Assembly: GCA_964016885.1 (NCBI GenBank)
Contig: CAXHJY010000518.1
Location: 101,211 to 165,210 of the forward strand
From: Eledone cirrhosa
Taxonomy: Eukaryota
Reading direction: 5' to 3'
DNA length: 64,000 nt
The position numbers were made by a program, and so were the translations under genes. Under the pieces are notes generated by a model. It searched no databases, was not told the DNA's origin, and saw nothing but the letters and a program-made list of their open reading frames with translations. Below, piece after piece: positions 26,440-40,719 of this stretch (positions are counted from its first letter, which is position 1; each line of letters begins with the position of its first letter).

Positions 26440-27789
26440 AATTCCATATATGGTCAAAGTGATTGTCAAAAATCAGTAGTAATTCTGTGGTTGCAAATTA
26501 GTAGGGGAGATGGTGGCTAAACCTGCCAGTAGGAGAAAGAGGGGAGGGGGTGGAGTAGACCCAATCAAGCGTTGGTAGTGCCAGCTACAGCTGGGCATGA
26601 GGTCAAAGAAGATACAGGGGAGGGGGAGGGGGAGGAAGTCGGAACGGTAGGTAGAACAATGGGGGGTAGAAATAGGAAAGAAAAAAAATACTGAGAGTGA
26701 AGAAAGGCAAATAAGTGTAAAGAAAAGTAAAGTAAATTAAATTCTACGACCTAGGTGTCAGGCTATTGTTAGGCGAGAATAAAATAAAGAAAGAAAGAAA
26801 GAAAGAAGTAAATAAATAAATAAATAAGGAAATAAGTAAGAGAACTAGGTGGGACGAATAAGGCAAGGACCCTTTTAAGAGGTATAAGTACGTAAATGAT
26901 ACGGTGACGGGTCAACAAAAGGGGCCAAAATACTAAAGAGACTACCACGAAATAAACAATAAAGGTTTCCATCCCGGGCCAGCAACGACCCAGTGCAGCA
27001 AAGTGAACTTGTACGAGATAATAATTCTGAGTCCCGAGAAAAATATATACTAATGCTAACTCTAAAAGATCTAAAACAACCTACATGAAAGTTCGTACGA
27101 AATAAAGGTAGAATACGGAGAAATAAATTCAGAATCCACCCCGCCCAGAAGAAAAGCGAAGCAAGAAATACTGAAACGAAAAAATATGGCATGTGCCACT
27201 AAGAAATATAGAGGGCACAGAGAATAGTGGGAGCGGTCGGAAAAAGGGGGAAAGTATCCGGGGTCTAAGCCAACTGCTATAAAGGGCGGAGTCCGCCAAA
27301 TCTATCAAAGACTAGGGGAGGGGCCGTCACCGTATCATTTACGTACTTATACCTCTTAAAAGGGTCCTTGCCTTATCCGTCCCACCTAGTTCTCTTACTT
27401 ATTTCCTTATTTATTTATTTATTTACTTCTTTCTTTCTTTCTTTATTTTATTCTCGCCTAACAATAGCCTGACACCTAGGTCGTAGAATTTAATTTACTT
27501 TACTTTTCTTTACACTTATTTGCCTTTCTTCACTCTCAGTATTTTTTTCTTTCCTATTTCTACCCCCCATTGTTCTACCTACCGTTCCGACTTCCTCCCC
27601 CTCCCCCTCCCCTGTATCTTCTTTGACCTCATGCCCAGCTGTAGCTGGCACTACCAACGCTTGTTTGGGTCTACTCCACCCCCTCCCCTCTTTCTCCTAC
27701 TGGCAGGTTTAGCCACCATCTCCCCTACTAATTTGCAACCACAGAATTACTACTGATTTTTGACAATCACTTTGACCATATATGGAATT

Positions 27790-27883
27790 ACCCCTTGAGA
27801 AGATCGGCTATTTAAATACCAGGATAAATTTTCATTTAGTCCAGAATTAGCCGTCGAAACGGCTTGAGCTCAGCTGTCGGGGT
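27790..27883 (+). ncRNA. Type I hammerhead ribozyme, U3-A8 core variant
   Basis: acccc-TTGAGAA-gatcggcta...tagccgtc-GAAA-cggct-tgagctc-agctGTC-ggggt. Confidence 0.8.
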
Positions 27884-27998
27884 CTTACTGGTTCCTATTA
27901 CCCACTCTACTACCTCAAGTATTGAATACTTTGGTGCGTTATGGTCCACCTGGTTCCTTACCACCTTTCCTTCGTTATATATATATATATATATATAT

Positions 27999-28330
27999 GG
28001 AGGCGCACATGGCTTAATGGTTAGAGCATTGGCCTTGCAATCGAAAGGTTGTGAGTTCAATTCTCAGCCCGGGTGATGTGTTGTTTCCTTGAGCAAGACA
28101 CTTTATTTCACATTGCTCCAGTTTACTCAGCTGTAGAAATGAGATGATAGGGACTGGGGGTCCATATCATTCCACTGCAAAGTGGTCGTGGAGGTGCCAC
28201 GGCAAAAAAGCACCCAGCACTCACTGTAAATGAGGTTGGTGTTAGGAAGGGCATCCAGCTGTAGAAATCAAGCCAGAATCAGTTCCCGTCCCACCCTTGC
28301 TAGCAGGGAAAAGCGGACGTAAAATGAAAT
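27999..28330 (+). mobile_element. tRNA-derived SINE with CORE-like body and RTE-type 3' end
   Basis: Box A tggcttaatggttag; box B-like gagttcaattc; body ccttgagcaagacactttatttcac (CORE-like assignment from recall). The tail cccacccttgctagcagggaaaagcggacgtaaaatga is shared with the RTE at 40635. Confidence 0.72.
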
Positions 28331-28365
28331 GATATGAATATGATATATGTGTATATGTATTTATA

Positions 28366-28499
<134 letters not shown>

Positions 28500-28500
28500 C

Positions 28501-29500
28501 AGTACAGTAGCTAGAGTCACAACTGGATAGAAAAAGTTCAGAGAGCTTATACCACTATTAGCCGCTAAAGGGTTCTCCCTAAAAATGAAAGGCAGGTTAT
28601 ACGATGCCTGCATACGAACAACAATGCTGCATGGCAGTGAGACCTGGGCATTGTGTGCAGAGGATATACGCAGACTAGAGAGGAACGAAGTTTGCATGCT
28701 CCGCTGGATGTGCAATAGTAATATGCGTGAACGGCTAAGCATAAATGAACTAAGGAAAAAATTAGAAATAAGAGGGATCAGATGTTGTTTACTCGAGAGA
28801 AGGCTACGTTGGTATGGTCACGTGATGCGCATGAAAGACGACAGCTGTATAACAAAGTGCAGGGCAATAAAGATAGACGGTAGCCACGGAGTAGGCAGAC
28901 CCAGAAAAACCTGGAACGACATGATAAATTCCGACCTCACACGCTTACACCTCTCCAAGACAATGTCACTGGACCGAGACCTTTTGGCGGTACTCAGTAA
29001 TAGAGAAGACCCGCCTTACCTAAATACAAAGTAAAACCTACTACAGTTAGTAGGCATCTCTATCAAAACACACCCCCGTCCCTTTTAATGTAAAGTTATG
29101 TTGGTGCCACAACATCCAGGCCGAAACAAATGAAATCGTGTAGGTGTCACGACAAAAAACACACAGTCCACGCTGTAAATGTGGCCGTGTAGGCAACACG
29201 GTAAAAACCTCCCAGCCCTACACTGTAAATGTGGTTGGTGTTAGGAAGGGCATCCAGCTGTAGAAAACCCGCCAGACAGTCCACGCTGTTATGTGGCCAT
29301 GTAGGCAACACGGTAAAAACCTCCCAGCCCACACTGTAAATGTGGTTGGTGTTAGGAAGGGCATCCAGCTGTAGAAAACCCGCCAGACAGTCCTATGCGA
29401 GCAAGACAACCACTCTTGCCTCAAGCGGGAAACCCCCATCCAAACCCATGCAAGCGTGGAACACGGACGTTAAACGTTGATGATGAAGATGATGATGATG
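28501..29500 (+). mobile_element. 5'-truncated RTE LINE (C-terminal ORF remnant, 3' UTR with ~120-bp internal duplication, (GAT)n tail)
   Basis: ORF 28585..29034 contains [15 protein letters not shown] and GRPRKTW. It is collinear with 54820-55721. Confidence 0.88.
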
Positions 29501-29641
29501 TATATATGTATATATATACAGGGTGTTCGGGATAAATTTGACAGAATAATATTTGATTATTTTTTCAGATGTTTTAAATTCATATTTATATACATTTGTA
29601 TACAGACGTACAGTAGCATGCAACTATCTGGCAGATGGGTA

Positions 29642-29686
29642 AACGGTGCTGATGATAGCTAACAAGCTTGAAACTAGTACATCGTT
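29642..29686 (+). ncRNA. Minimal type I hammerhead ribozyme
   Basis: aacggtg-CTGATGA-t-agct-aaca-agct-t-GAAA-ctaGTA-catcgtt, with palindromic helix III ACTAGT. Confidence 0.92.
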
Positions 29687-30113
29687 CCTGTGTCAGTGTT
29701 GAACAAAAAGGTGACGTGGTTGCCTTAACACCGTATGGCATAAATTCAGGCTATTCAGTTTGTTTACAAACGAACAAAGCGACGTTATAATAAGCGCCGC
29801 TAAACTGATACGTGCATATATGTATGTGTACCTGTATGCATATGTATATATATATGTATATATATATATATATGTGCATGCTACTGTACGTCTGTATACA
29901 TATATGTATGTACGTATACATGCATACTTACATTTAAGTAAGTGCCATACTAAGAGTGAGAAATGAAATTTCGTTTTCATTTTGTTTCAATTTATCGTTT
30001 TCGGTATGCCTGACCGATTTAACTCACTCAATATGCAAATTAGGCTGCTCAGCCGTTAATTTTCATAAGGAAAGTATATACTTTCGAACGTTCAACTATC
30101 TGGCAGATGGGTA

Positions 30114-30158
30114 AACGGTGCTGATGATAGCTAACAAGCTTGAAACTAGTACATCGTT
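30114..30158 (+). ncRNA. Minimal type I hammerhead ribozyme (second copy)
   Basis: Identical to 29642-29686. Confidence 0.92.
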
Positions 30159-30428
30159 CCTGTGTCAGTGTTGAACAAAAAGGTGACGTGGTTGCCTTAA
30201 CACCGTATGGCATAAATTCAGGCTATTCAGTTTGTTTACAAACGAACAAAGCGACGTTATAATAAGCGCCGCTAAACTGATACGTGCATATATGTATGTG
30301 TACCTGTATGCATATGTATATATATATGTATATATATATATATATGTGCATGCTACTGTACGTCTGTATACATATATGTATGTACGTATACATGCATACT
30401 TACATTTATATATATATGTATATATGTA

Positions 30429-31123
30429 TCAATCTATAAAGCTCAGTGTGTGGACATGCTCCTTTGTTATAGAAATCTACGATATAAAATTTCTTCAATT
30501 GAAATTTACAATTCAGCATTCGAAATAGCTTCGATTGCGTCTTGGCACATCTAATGTTTTCAATTTCACCCACAATTACGCAAAAAATAGATAAAATAGA
30601 TAAAATTTTACGATTTTTCTCTCTCATTTAAACTGCTAAATTCTTTCTACTACCATTCAAAATCTATACAACTTCATACTTCCTGCTACTTTCTCTTTCC
30701 AAGCTTGATGGTGATACTGTCCGTTTTACTCTCTCATATCATCTGCTTACCTCTATTTACAACCCACACATTTTGCTACTTTCTCTTTTATACTTCAAAC
30801 TTACTGATTCATTTACAAACGCATACAAACACACACTCACTTCAAATGATAAAAAAACATTTAAAGCAATTAAACAACGTGCGTGATTTATAACCAAACT
30901 AACTTTTAGTTGCTCAATTATTACATTTCTTACGAAACGACAATTATTCAAATGCAACAGATACATTTATTCAACAACAAGCGATAAATTTTTTTTAAAA
31001 CTTCTCAACGAACGTGGATTCTTACTGACTTTGAGTCGAATCGGTTTGAAATTGTGCAAATGTATAAACATGGAACATGTGCACACACACAACAACAACA
31101 ATCTGCCTTTTATAGATAATGAT
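30429..31123. mobile_element. Possible MITE-like element with imperfect terminal inverted repeats
   Basis: The left end is atctataaagctcagtgtgtggacatgctcc. The reverse complement of the right end is atctataaaaggcag...tgtgtgcacatgttcc. Confidence 0.45.
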
Positions 31124-31136
31124 AAACAATAATATC

Positions 31137-31500
31137 CTCTATGAGGTCACTAACCCTGCTAGAAACAGCAGCTAACTCTCCCCCATACCACACCCCTCCC
31201 TACTGTCTTAAATTTAGAAAACATATCTTCTATGAGGTCACTAAACCTGCTAGAAACAGCAGCTAACTCTCCCTCATATCACACCCCTCCCTACTGTCTT
31301 AAATTTAGAAAATATATCTTCTATGAGGTCACTAAACCTGCTAGAAACAGCAGCTAACTCTCCCCCATATCACACCACTCCCTACTGTCTTAAATTTAGA
31401 AAACACATATCCTCTATGAGGTTACTAAACCTGCTAGAAACAACAGCTAACTCTCCTTCATATCACAACCCTCCCTACTGTCTTAAATTTAGAAAACACA
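31137..31500 (+). repeat. ~91-93-bp tandem repeat, 4 copies
   Basis: ctatgagg..ctgctagaaacagcagctaactctcc..cctactgtcttaaatttagaaaa starts at 31139, 31230, 31321 and 31414. Confidence 0.92.
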
Positions 31501-31923
31501 CAGACAACCATGCAGAACAACTCCATCGCAGCTCTGTTGTTCGGCTGGCATCGTCTACGCGCGTGTTGCGCAAGTACTGTCAAACAATAAATTTCAACAC
31601 TTTTTTGCACAGAGATAATATCCATAGGCGAAACTACGATTGTCACTGCTGGCGCAGCTCCTGCTTCCGAGTCTGCAAATCATTCACCCAGTGCTTGGCA
31701 GACAAAAAAGTGCTGCCATAAAATGGGTGGTGCAACCTAACTTTCGTAACTTAATGACCCCAAGCAATGCCGGGATTTAATGCTAGTATATATATATATG
31801 TATATATGTATATATATATATGTATATATATATGTATATATATATATATGTATATATATATATGTATATGTATATATGTATATATATGTATATGTATATA
31901 TGTATATATATATATATATATAC

Positions 31924-31955
<32 letters not shown>

Positions 31956-31978
31956 GTATATGTATATATGTATAAGTA

Positions 31979-32016
<38 letters not shown>

Positions 32017-32027
32017 CATATATATAT

Positions 32028-32078
32028 ATCATTTTTATCATCTTTTCATTTTACGTCCGCTTATTCCCTGGTTGCAAG
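32028..32078 (-). mobile_element. Degenerate RTE 3' tail remnant
   Basis: cattttacgtccgcttattccctggttgcaag is the reverse complement of the RTE terminal motif. Confidence 0.65.
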
Positions 32079-32079
32079 A

Positions 32080-33798
<1,719 letters not shown>

Positions 33799-33800
33799 TA

Positions 33801-33917
33801 AGGCGTGTGGCTGAGTGGTTAGAGAATTGGATTCGCAATCGTAAGGTTGTGAGTTCGATTCCTGGACCGGGCGATGCGTTATGTCCTTGAGCAAGACACT
33901 TTATTTCACGTTGCTCC
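33801..33917 (+). mobile_element. tRNA-derived SINE head and partial body (same family as 27999)
   Basis: Box A tggctgagtggttag; box B gagttcgattcc; body tccttgagcaagacactttatttcacgttgctcc. Confidence 0.78.
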
Positions 33918-34015
33918 TTCTACCTGGAGTTGCGACCGATAGAGAGTACTAACAATTGGAAAGACCAACGGAAACATTGTTGCCTCGGTCCGATTTGACG
34001 AAAGTCGATCGTTCA

Positions 34016-34073
<58 letters not shown>

Positions 34074-34249
34074 TATTTACATATTGAGAGAGAAAAAAAG
34101 GGGAGGATAGGTGATACATATAGCGTATGCCAAAGGTGCTCGGTACTAGTGCCGGCAGTATTAAATATTCGAAGTGTTAATATTTAGTGGGCTAGAGAGT
34201 TAGCAGAGCGTAAGCACATGGGAAAGTAAGAAATCGGAGAATAGACTGT

Positions 34250-34870
34250 GAAAACATGTTTATTTAAAACAGCACCTGCATACGTTTCGCCCAGTTGGGC
34301 TTCTCAAGGGCATAAATAATCAAAAGTGTTCCTTACATTGCTCGGAAAGAGTTTTTGGGGTTAAATCCACGTCAAGGTTCATTGCTCGCAAAAATAGCTT
34401 GTTTTGATTTTGCAGCAGGTCAAGGGAGATAACTCTGGCCCATGTCAGGGCAGTCTTTCCCGGACAAATTTTTTTTATCTGCTACGAGATGAGGTTACAA
34501 CCTTACCATTGTCGATATGCATGTAATCAACGCATTTTTTTGCCGCATTTGTTTGTCTGAGTCGTTTGAGGCTGGGTCTGGTATGCAAGGATTGTTTCCT
34601 GGGTGTTATTTTGCAGCGCCTGCCCGCCGGGGTGTTAAGACTTGTTGCAATGAGATCCGGTGCACGGTTTCACTCCTCATCCTTAACCTATCTGACGAAG
34701 GATATTTTTAAGCGATGTGTACAACTTATCACTGTTTCAGCTCTGCTGTTGATGAGCTCGTGGGGTGCAGTTATGATGTGGTAGAGCTCCATGAGGCAAA
34801 GATCGCATTACCTCTTGAAGCTGTACGGTGCAGCCCTGCCGACAATCTCCCAGAGGTATATGGTCTTTAA
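34250..34870 (-). mobile_element. Decayed PLE 3' remnant (end of GIY-YIG, UTR with a degenerate U3-A8 HHR)
   Basis: The minus strand reads AAPYSFKR*CDLCLMELYHIITAPHELINSRAETVISCTHRLK. The motif gccc-TTGAGAA-gccca-ac-tgggc-GAAA-cgtatgc lies at 34272-34311. Confidence 0.68.
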
Positions 34871-35547
34871 AGCGATGAAATACCAATGATGGTTGGAAGA
34901 TCACTAACTTTATTCATATGTAACCCATTAGCAACCACGCAGCACGTTTTTTCTCATATTTACACATATTTTTCCCCCCGCTGTGACCCGTCTATTTCGT
35001 TCTTACTGCTTCCTCTTTCTCTGTATCTTTACCCTCTCTAACCGTCACTCTCTCTGTTAGCCTCTTCCTCACCCTTCACTCACTCACTCTCTGTTACTAC
35101 CTCTCCTCCTCCTCCTTCTTCCCGTTTGACCTGTGCGTAATACTTTTCTTTTGCACCCTTGGTCAGGCAGGTTCGCTTTTTCTCTCTCTCTCGTCTACGA
35201 TTTCACAGAACTTATGTTCACTGAATTCACAGACTAGATTCCTTCTTCCTCCCGTTAGACCTGTACGGAATTCCTTCCTTGCTCACATTCCAACCAGGTT
35301 TGATGGTCTTTATTCTCTCGTTCACGATTTCACCGAACTTATATTCATGGAAATTTGGGACTTGACTCTTTCTTCCTCACTTTTCGTTGCTTCACCATCT
35401 TTGTTTCTTTACACTCTCGTGTCCCCTTTATTTACGTGTCTCAACAACTTTTTTTAGCCTTTGCTTGCACCAACCGGAGGTATATGGTATTTAAAGTGAT
35501 GAAATACCAATGATGGTTGGAAGATCACTGATGAAGGACTAACTTTA

Positions 35548-35590
<43 letters not shown>

Positions 35591-35593
35591 AGG

Positions 35594-35640
<47 letters not shown>

Positions 35641-35659
35641 ACATATATATATGTATATG

Positions 35660-35724
<65 letters not shown>

Positions 35725-35766
35725 GTATATATATGTATGTATATATATATGTATGAATATATATAT

Positions 35767-35889
35767 AGCAGCAACAAACTCCCTCTTACACCAGTGGCCA
35801 ACCTATACAGGCTGGAGATAAAATGTGTAGCAACAAGGGCGGTGCCCCAGCATGGCCTCAGCCGGATGGCTGAAACAGGTAAAAGAGTA
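35767..35889 (+). mobile_element. Extreme 3' end of the CR1/L2-group LINE seen at 15415-15546
   Basis: Near-identical ~120 nt, embedded in (TA)n. Confidence 0.85.
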
Positions 35890-35901
35890 TGTATATATAT
35901 G

Positions 35902-35948
<47 letters not shown>

Positions 35949-36027
35949 GTATATATATATATGTATATATATATATGAATGTATATATATATGAATATAT
36001 ATATATGAATATATATATATATATATG

Positions 36028-36162
<135 letters not shown>

Positions 36163-36171
36163 GTATATATG

Positions 36172-36203
<32 letters not shown>

Positions 36204-36449
36204 TATATAATATATTTAGAAACACACAGATACATGCGGACACACACATATATACATGAATGCATCCGCACCCAACTGTGAGTTAAGGGTGCCAACTTCA
36301 CCGATGTTGCTCAATGAATGACTGGGACAGACTAATTCAGTTTGAACCAGACTGAACCAGTATCAGAGTTAAAAATACATTATGAAGAGAGAAGAAACAT
36401 TTAGATATAATTAGTAATAAAATGTATCATACCTAAACTGTTCCTAAAT

Positions 36450-36537
36450 TCCTCGACTACGTAGTTTCGTGGCATAAACAAAAACAATATATCCAAGATA
36501 TAGAGTCCTTGCGAGGTCTGCCGACTTATCAAGAGGA
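36450..36537 (-). ncRNA. Type I hammerhead ribozyme, U3-A8 core variant
   Basis: Minus strand: tcctc-TTGATAA-gtcggca...tgccac-GAAA-ctacgtaGTC-gagga, with perfect palindromic helix III ACTACGTAGT. Confidence 0.82.
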
Positions 36538-36555
36538 TACCTCATTTTACTAGTC

Positions 36556-37449
36556 TCAAGAACGCGTCGTGGCCCATTCGAGAAGAGAATTACTGTTTGC
36601 GGAGACATATCCGGGTGTGGGTGGTTTGTCCGGGATTACTTGGAGGAATTTGTCCAAAGACTTCTTGAATTTTGAGTGGTCAGTGTCTGTTTTGACGTGT
36701 CCTGGTGTGATGTTGAAGAGAGCAGGGCCGATTGAGGTGAAATAATTGTGCCGTATTGTTGTTATGAGTTGCGATTTAGATTTTTGAATGGGACGGATAG
36801 CACGGGGCCCAAGCCTTGGGTGTATCTTGAAGGCGATGCCAACATCATTTGGGCAGTGATGATGGAACATTTTCCACATCATGCAGATAATATAACGCTC
36901 ACGGCGACGTTGGAGTGAGTAAAGTTTCAGGTTTTCCAATCGACCCCAGTAGTCAAGGTCTGACATGCCATCTATCTTTTTCGTGATTGCCCTTTGAGGA
37001 ACTTCAAGTTTCATGATACTTTGTTTCGTGTGGGGAGACCACAGTGGACAACAGTATTCAAGGTGTGGTCGGGCGAAAGTAGAGAAGAGAAGGATAATGG
37101 TGCGGGAATCTCTCAACTGGAAGGTTCTGAGGATCCAGGAACACATTCTGCGGGCCATGTCAACTTTGCTGCTTATATGCGTGGTCCAGCTTATGTTGCT
37201 GTCCACGGTTACTCCCAAGTCTCTGATGTTGTTAGATGCCACGAGAGTTTCCCCGGAGGGAAGGGAGTACGGGAGTTTCAGAGCATCCTCTTTTCCAAAG
37301 TGGATCAGTTCGAATTTGTCCTCGTTCAGTAACATGTTGTTCTTTTCTGCCCATTGGGTAACAGCCAGTAGGTCTGACTGAAGGCTTATCCGGTCATCCA
37401 CGCCATTGATGACCTTTTGGAGCTTGGAATCATCAGCGAAAATTTTAAT
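36556..37449 (-). pseudogene. CR1/L2-group LINE RT C-terminal fragment (second family)
   Basis: [44 protein letters not shown] and IPDKP...SNSLL. The N-terminal part of the listed ORF is microsatellite. Confidence 0.87.
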
Positions 37450-37470
37450 GTATATATATATATATGTATA

Positions 37471-37503
<33 letters not shown>

Positions 37504-37651
37504 CTCGGGAATTTTACCCGCCTTAGATAGATAGATATATATATATGTATATATATGTATATATATGTATATATATATGTATATATATGTATATATATAT
37601 ATATATGTATATATATGTATATATATGTATATACGTATATACATATATATA

Positions 37652-40600
37652 TAGAGGTAGATCTGCTGAAATAGCGGAGATGCTGGAGAGAAGGCAGGTG
37701 GATGTGTGCTGCGTGCAAGAGGTGAGATGGAGAGGTGCCTCTGCGAGACTAGTCGTAGGCAAGCGTCTTAGCTATAAGCTATTCTGGGTAGGTAAGGATG
37801 ATGGGTTAGGGGGAGTAGGCATTTTCCTGGCTGAGAAATGGATCAATAAGACAATAGAGGTAGTTCGAGTTAGTAATCGAATAATTAAGCTTAGATTAGT
37901 TGTAGGTAGGAGACTACTGACAATCATCTCGGTCTATGCTCCCCAAGCAGGCCTAGGCAAAGATGAGAAAGACTGCTTTTATGAGCAACTTTTGCAAACA
38001 AGCACAATGACAGAGGACGGAGACATCGTTATGCTAGCAGGAGACTTCAATGGTCATGTTGGACAGCTCCAGGATGGTTACACTGGGGTACATGGTGGGC
38101 ATGGTTACGGTTCAAGAAATGAAGAAGGAGTGAGACTTCTTGAATTTTGTGATGCAAGTACATTGACTATTTGCAACACAAACTTCCAGAAACCTGCCAA
38201 TCACCTAATAACCTACAAATCTGGTGAGCACATAAGCCAGATTGACTTCCTGCTAGTTAGGCAGCGGGACAGGCAGATAGTGTCTAATACTAAGGCATAC
38301 CTGGGGAAGAATGTACCCCACAGCATAGGTTAGTTGTTAGTGATATCTCAGTAAGCAAGAGATGGAATGAGCCATATAGGAAGGTGTGGAGAAGAAAGGT
38401 CTGGAAGCTAAAAGACCTTTCACTAAAATTCAAATTTAGGAAAGCCCTTCAAGATGTATATGACGAAAAAGAAGACGATTTAGAGACGTATGACATAGAT
38501 AATAACTGGAAGTTCTTACGTGACAACTTGCTGAAGGCTACTGATGAAACCTGTGGCTGGAGCAGAGCTCCAACCAGACAGAGAGTGACCTGGTGGTGGA
38601 ACAGCAGTGTAGATAAGGCTATTAGAGACAAAAGACTAGCATGGAAGGCTTGGAATAAGGGTGGGAGTAGGGAAGAATATACAGCCACTAAGAGAGAAGC
38701 TAGACGTCAGGTGTACTTAGCACGCAGGGAGGCAGAGAGTAGGAGGTTTGCCAATGTTCTGCGACGGGAAGATCAGAGGCGTGCGGTGTTCCACATTGCA
38801 AGGCAGTGTGTCAATGCAAATCAGGATGTTGTTGGTGATAAATGTGTCCGGGATGATGCCGGTGTACTTAGTGTCACGAATGACCAGAAAAAGGAGGCCT
38901 GGAAATGTCATTATGAGAGACTGATGAATGTGGAGAATGAATGGGAGAGAGAGAAATTACCCTTGGTAGATCCGACAGAGGGACCAGCTATTGAGATTGA
39001 CGAATATAGGGTCCAAGAGGCGATTAGGGAAATGAAAAATGGTAAGGCGGCCGGACCATCGGGAATAGTTGCTGAGATGCTGAAGGCATCAGGGGACGTA
39101 GGCACTAAACTGGTTGCACGCATAATCAATCAGGCTATATATGGTGGTGTCATACCCAAAGACTGGTGCAGCAGTATTCTCATAAATTGCTACAAAGGTA
39201 AAGGGGATGCTTTGGAGAGGAGCAATTATAGGGGTATAAAACTGATAGATCAGGTTATGAAAGTGGCAGAAAGGATTTTAGCACAACTAATTAGAGAAAG
39301 GGTCAAACTAGATGAGATGCAGTTTGGTTTTGTGCCTGGGAAGAGTACAACAGATGCCCTCTTCTTGGTGAGACAAATGCAAGAGAGGTTCTTAGAGAAG
39401 AATACGCCACTATACTTGGCCTTTGTTGACCTAGAGAAGGCCTTTGATAGGGTACCCCGATCTGTCATCTGGTGGTCCCTAAGGAAGCTGGGTGTTGAGG
39501 AATGGCTTGTAAGGACAGTGCAAACTTTGTACAGAGGTACTCTCAGTAAAGTCAGGGTAGGAATGGAGTTTAGTGAGGAATTCCAGATACAAGTAGGAGT
39601 ACATCAGGGTTCGGTCCTCAGCCCGCTCTTGTTCATTATAGTCCTCCAAGCCATAACAGAGGAGTTTAAGACTGGCTGTCTATGGGAACTTCTCTATGCT
39701 GACGATCTGGCTCTTATGGCAGAATCAGTAGAGGAGCTCGAGAATAAATTCCGGCTATGGAAACAGCAGTTGGAAGCAAGAGGACTGAGAGTAAATCTAG
39801 CTAAGACAAAAGTGTTGATGAGTAGAAAAGAGGACAAAACCCTGATTCCGTCAGGGAAATGGCCATGTTCGATATGCAGAAAAGGAACTGGCATAAATTC
39901 TATAAAATGCACACAATGTAGGTCCTGGGTACACAAGAGATGTAGCGGGATAGCAGGCAAACTAACAGGTAGGGAGAAATATGTATGCAGTAGATGTACA
40001 GGGAAATTAGACAGTAGAAGTCGCACTGATAGACACATTTTTCAAATGCGAGAGGGCGCTATAGAAGTGGTGGATAGCTTCCGGTACCTAGGAGATCAGA
40101 TTAGCATGGGAGGAGGGTGTTCCGAGGCCATAGTATCTAGAATAAGGACGGGTTGGAAGAAGTTTAGGGAGCTGCTTCCTCTGTTGACGAAGAAGGGTTT
40201 CTCCCTGCGTACGAAAGGCCGGTTGTATGATGCCTGTGTGAGGAGCGCGATGCTGCATGGTAGTGAGACATGGGCAGCTACCGCAGAAGATATGCGACGG
40301 CTGGAGAGAAATGAGGCAAGCATGCTCCGTTGGATGTGCAGTGTAAATGTGCGTGAACGACCCAGCATAAATGTGTTGAGAGAGAAACTGTGTCTGAGAG
40401 GGATAGAATGTAGTGTACGGGAGAGGAGACTGAGGTGGTATGGACATGTGATGCGCATGGAGGATGACCGATGGGTGAAGAAGTGCCAGGAAATGCCAGT
40501 TGAAGGAAGACGTAGTAGAGGTAGACCACGAAAAACATGGGCGGAGGTGGTGAGAACAGACCTCAGATCATTGAAGCTCACGGTGGAGATGACGAGGGAC

Positions 40601-40699
40601 CGTGACGAGTGGAGAGATGCTGTGCTGAATAAGACCCGTCCCACCCTTGCAAGCAGGGAAAAGCGGACGTAAAATGATGATGATGATGATGATGATGAT
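37652..40699 (+). mobile_element. Nearly full-length RTE LINE (APE + RT + PHD-type finger) with one frameshift near 38300
   Basis: APE motifs [24 protein letters not shown] and QIDFLL. ORF 38384..40672 carries LLYADDL. The stop codon is followed directly by aa(tga)n. Confidence 0.92.
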
Positions 40700-40719
40700 A
40701 CATATGTATATATATATGT

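Larger units (their letters stand above)
26331..27976. mobile_element. Non-coding fold-back element with ~575-bp inverted arms (26331-26910 / 27324-27898), each carrying an HHR
   Basis: The arms are reverse complements with about 2 visible mismatches. There is no credible ORF, and (TA)n lies on both sides. Confidence 0.85.
29585..30408 (+). mobile_element. Non-coding partial tandem (29621-29936 / 30093-30407) with one HHR per copy and a short inverted 5' segment
   Basis: Direct repeat offset by 472 nt. 29596-29622 is the reverse complement of tgcatgctactgtacgtctgtataca within the repeat. Confidence 0.8.

Noticed and set aside
29517-29560. TA-cagggtgttcgg, resembling a Tc1/mariner terminal repeat
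   Set aside because: No partner inverted end or transposase was found in the window.
31137-31500. CRISPR-like array
   Set aside because: Whole units repeat with no unique spacers, in a eukaryotic context with no cas genes.
31757-31787. Helitron-like 3' end (short GC stem followed by CTAGT)
   Set aside because: The hairpin is weak and no 5' end or Rep/helicase sequence could be assigned.
33801-33870. Possible tRNA genes (also 27999-28070 and 51861-51950)
   Set aside because: Box A/B are present but there is no closed acceptor stem, and the sequence continues into a SINE body.
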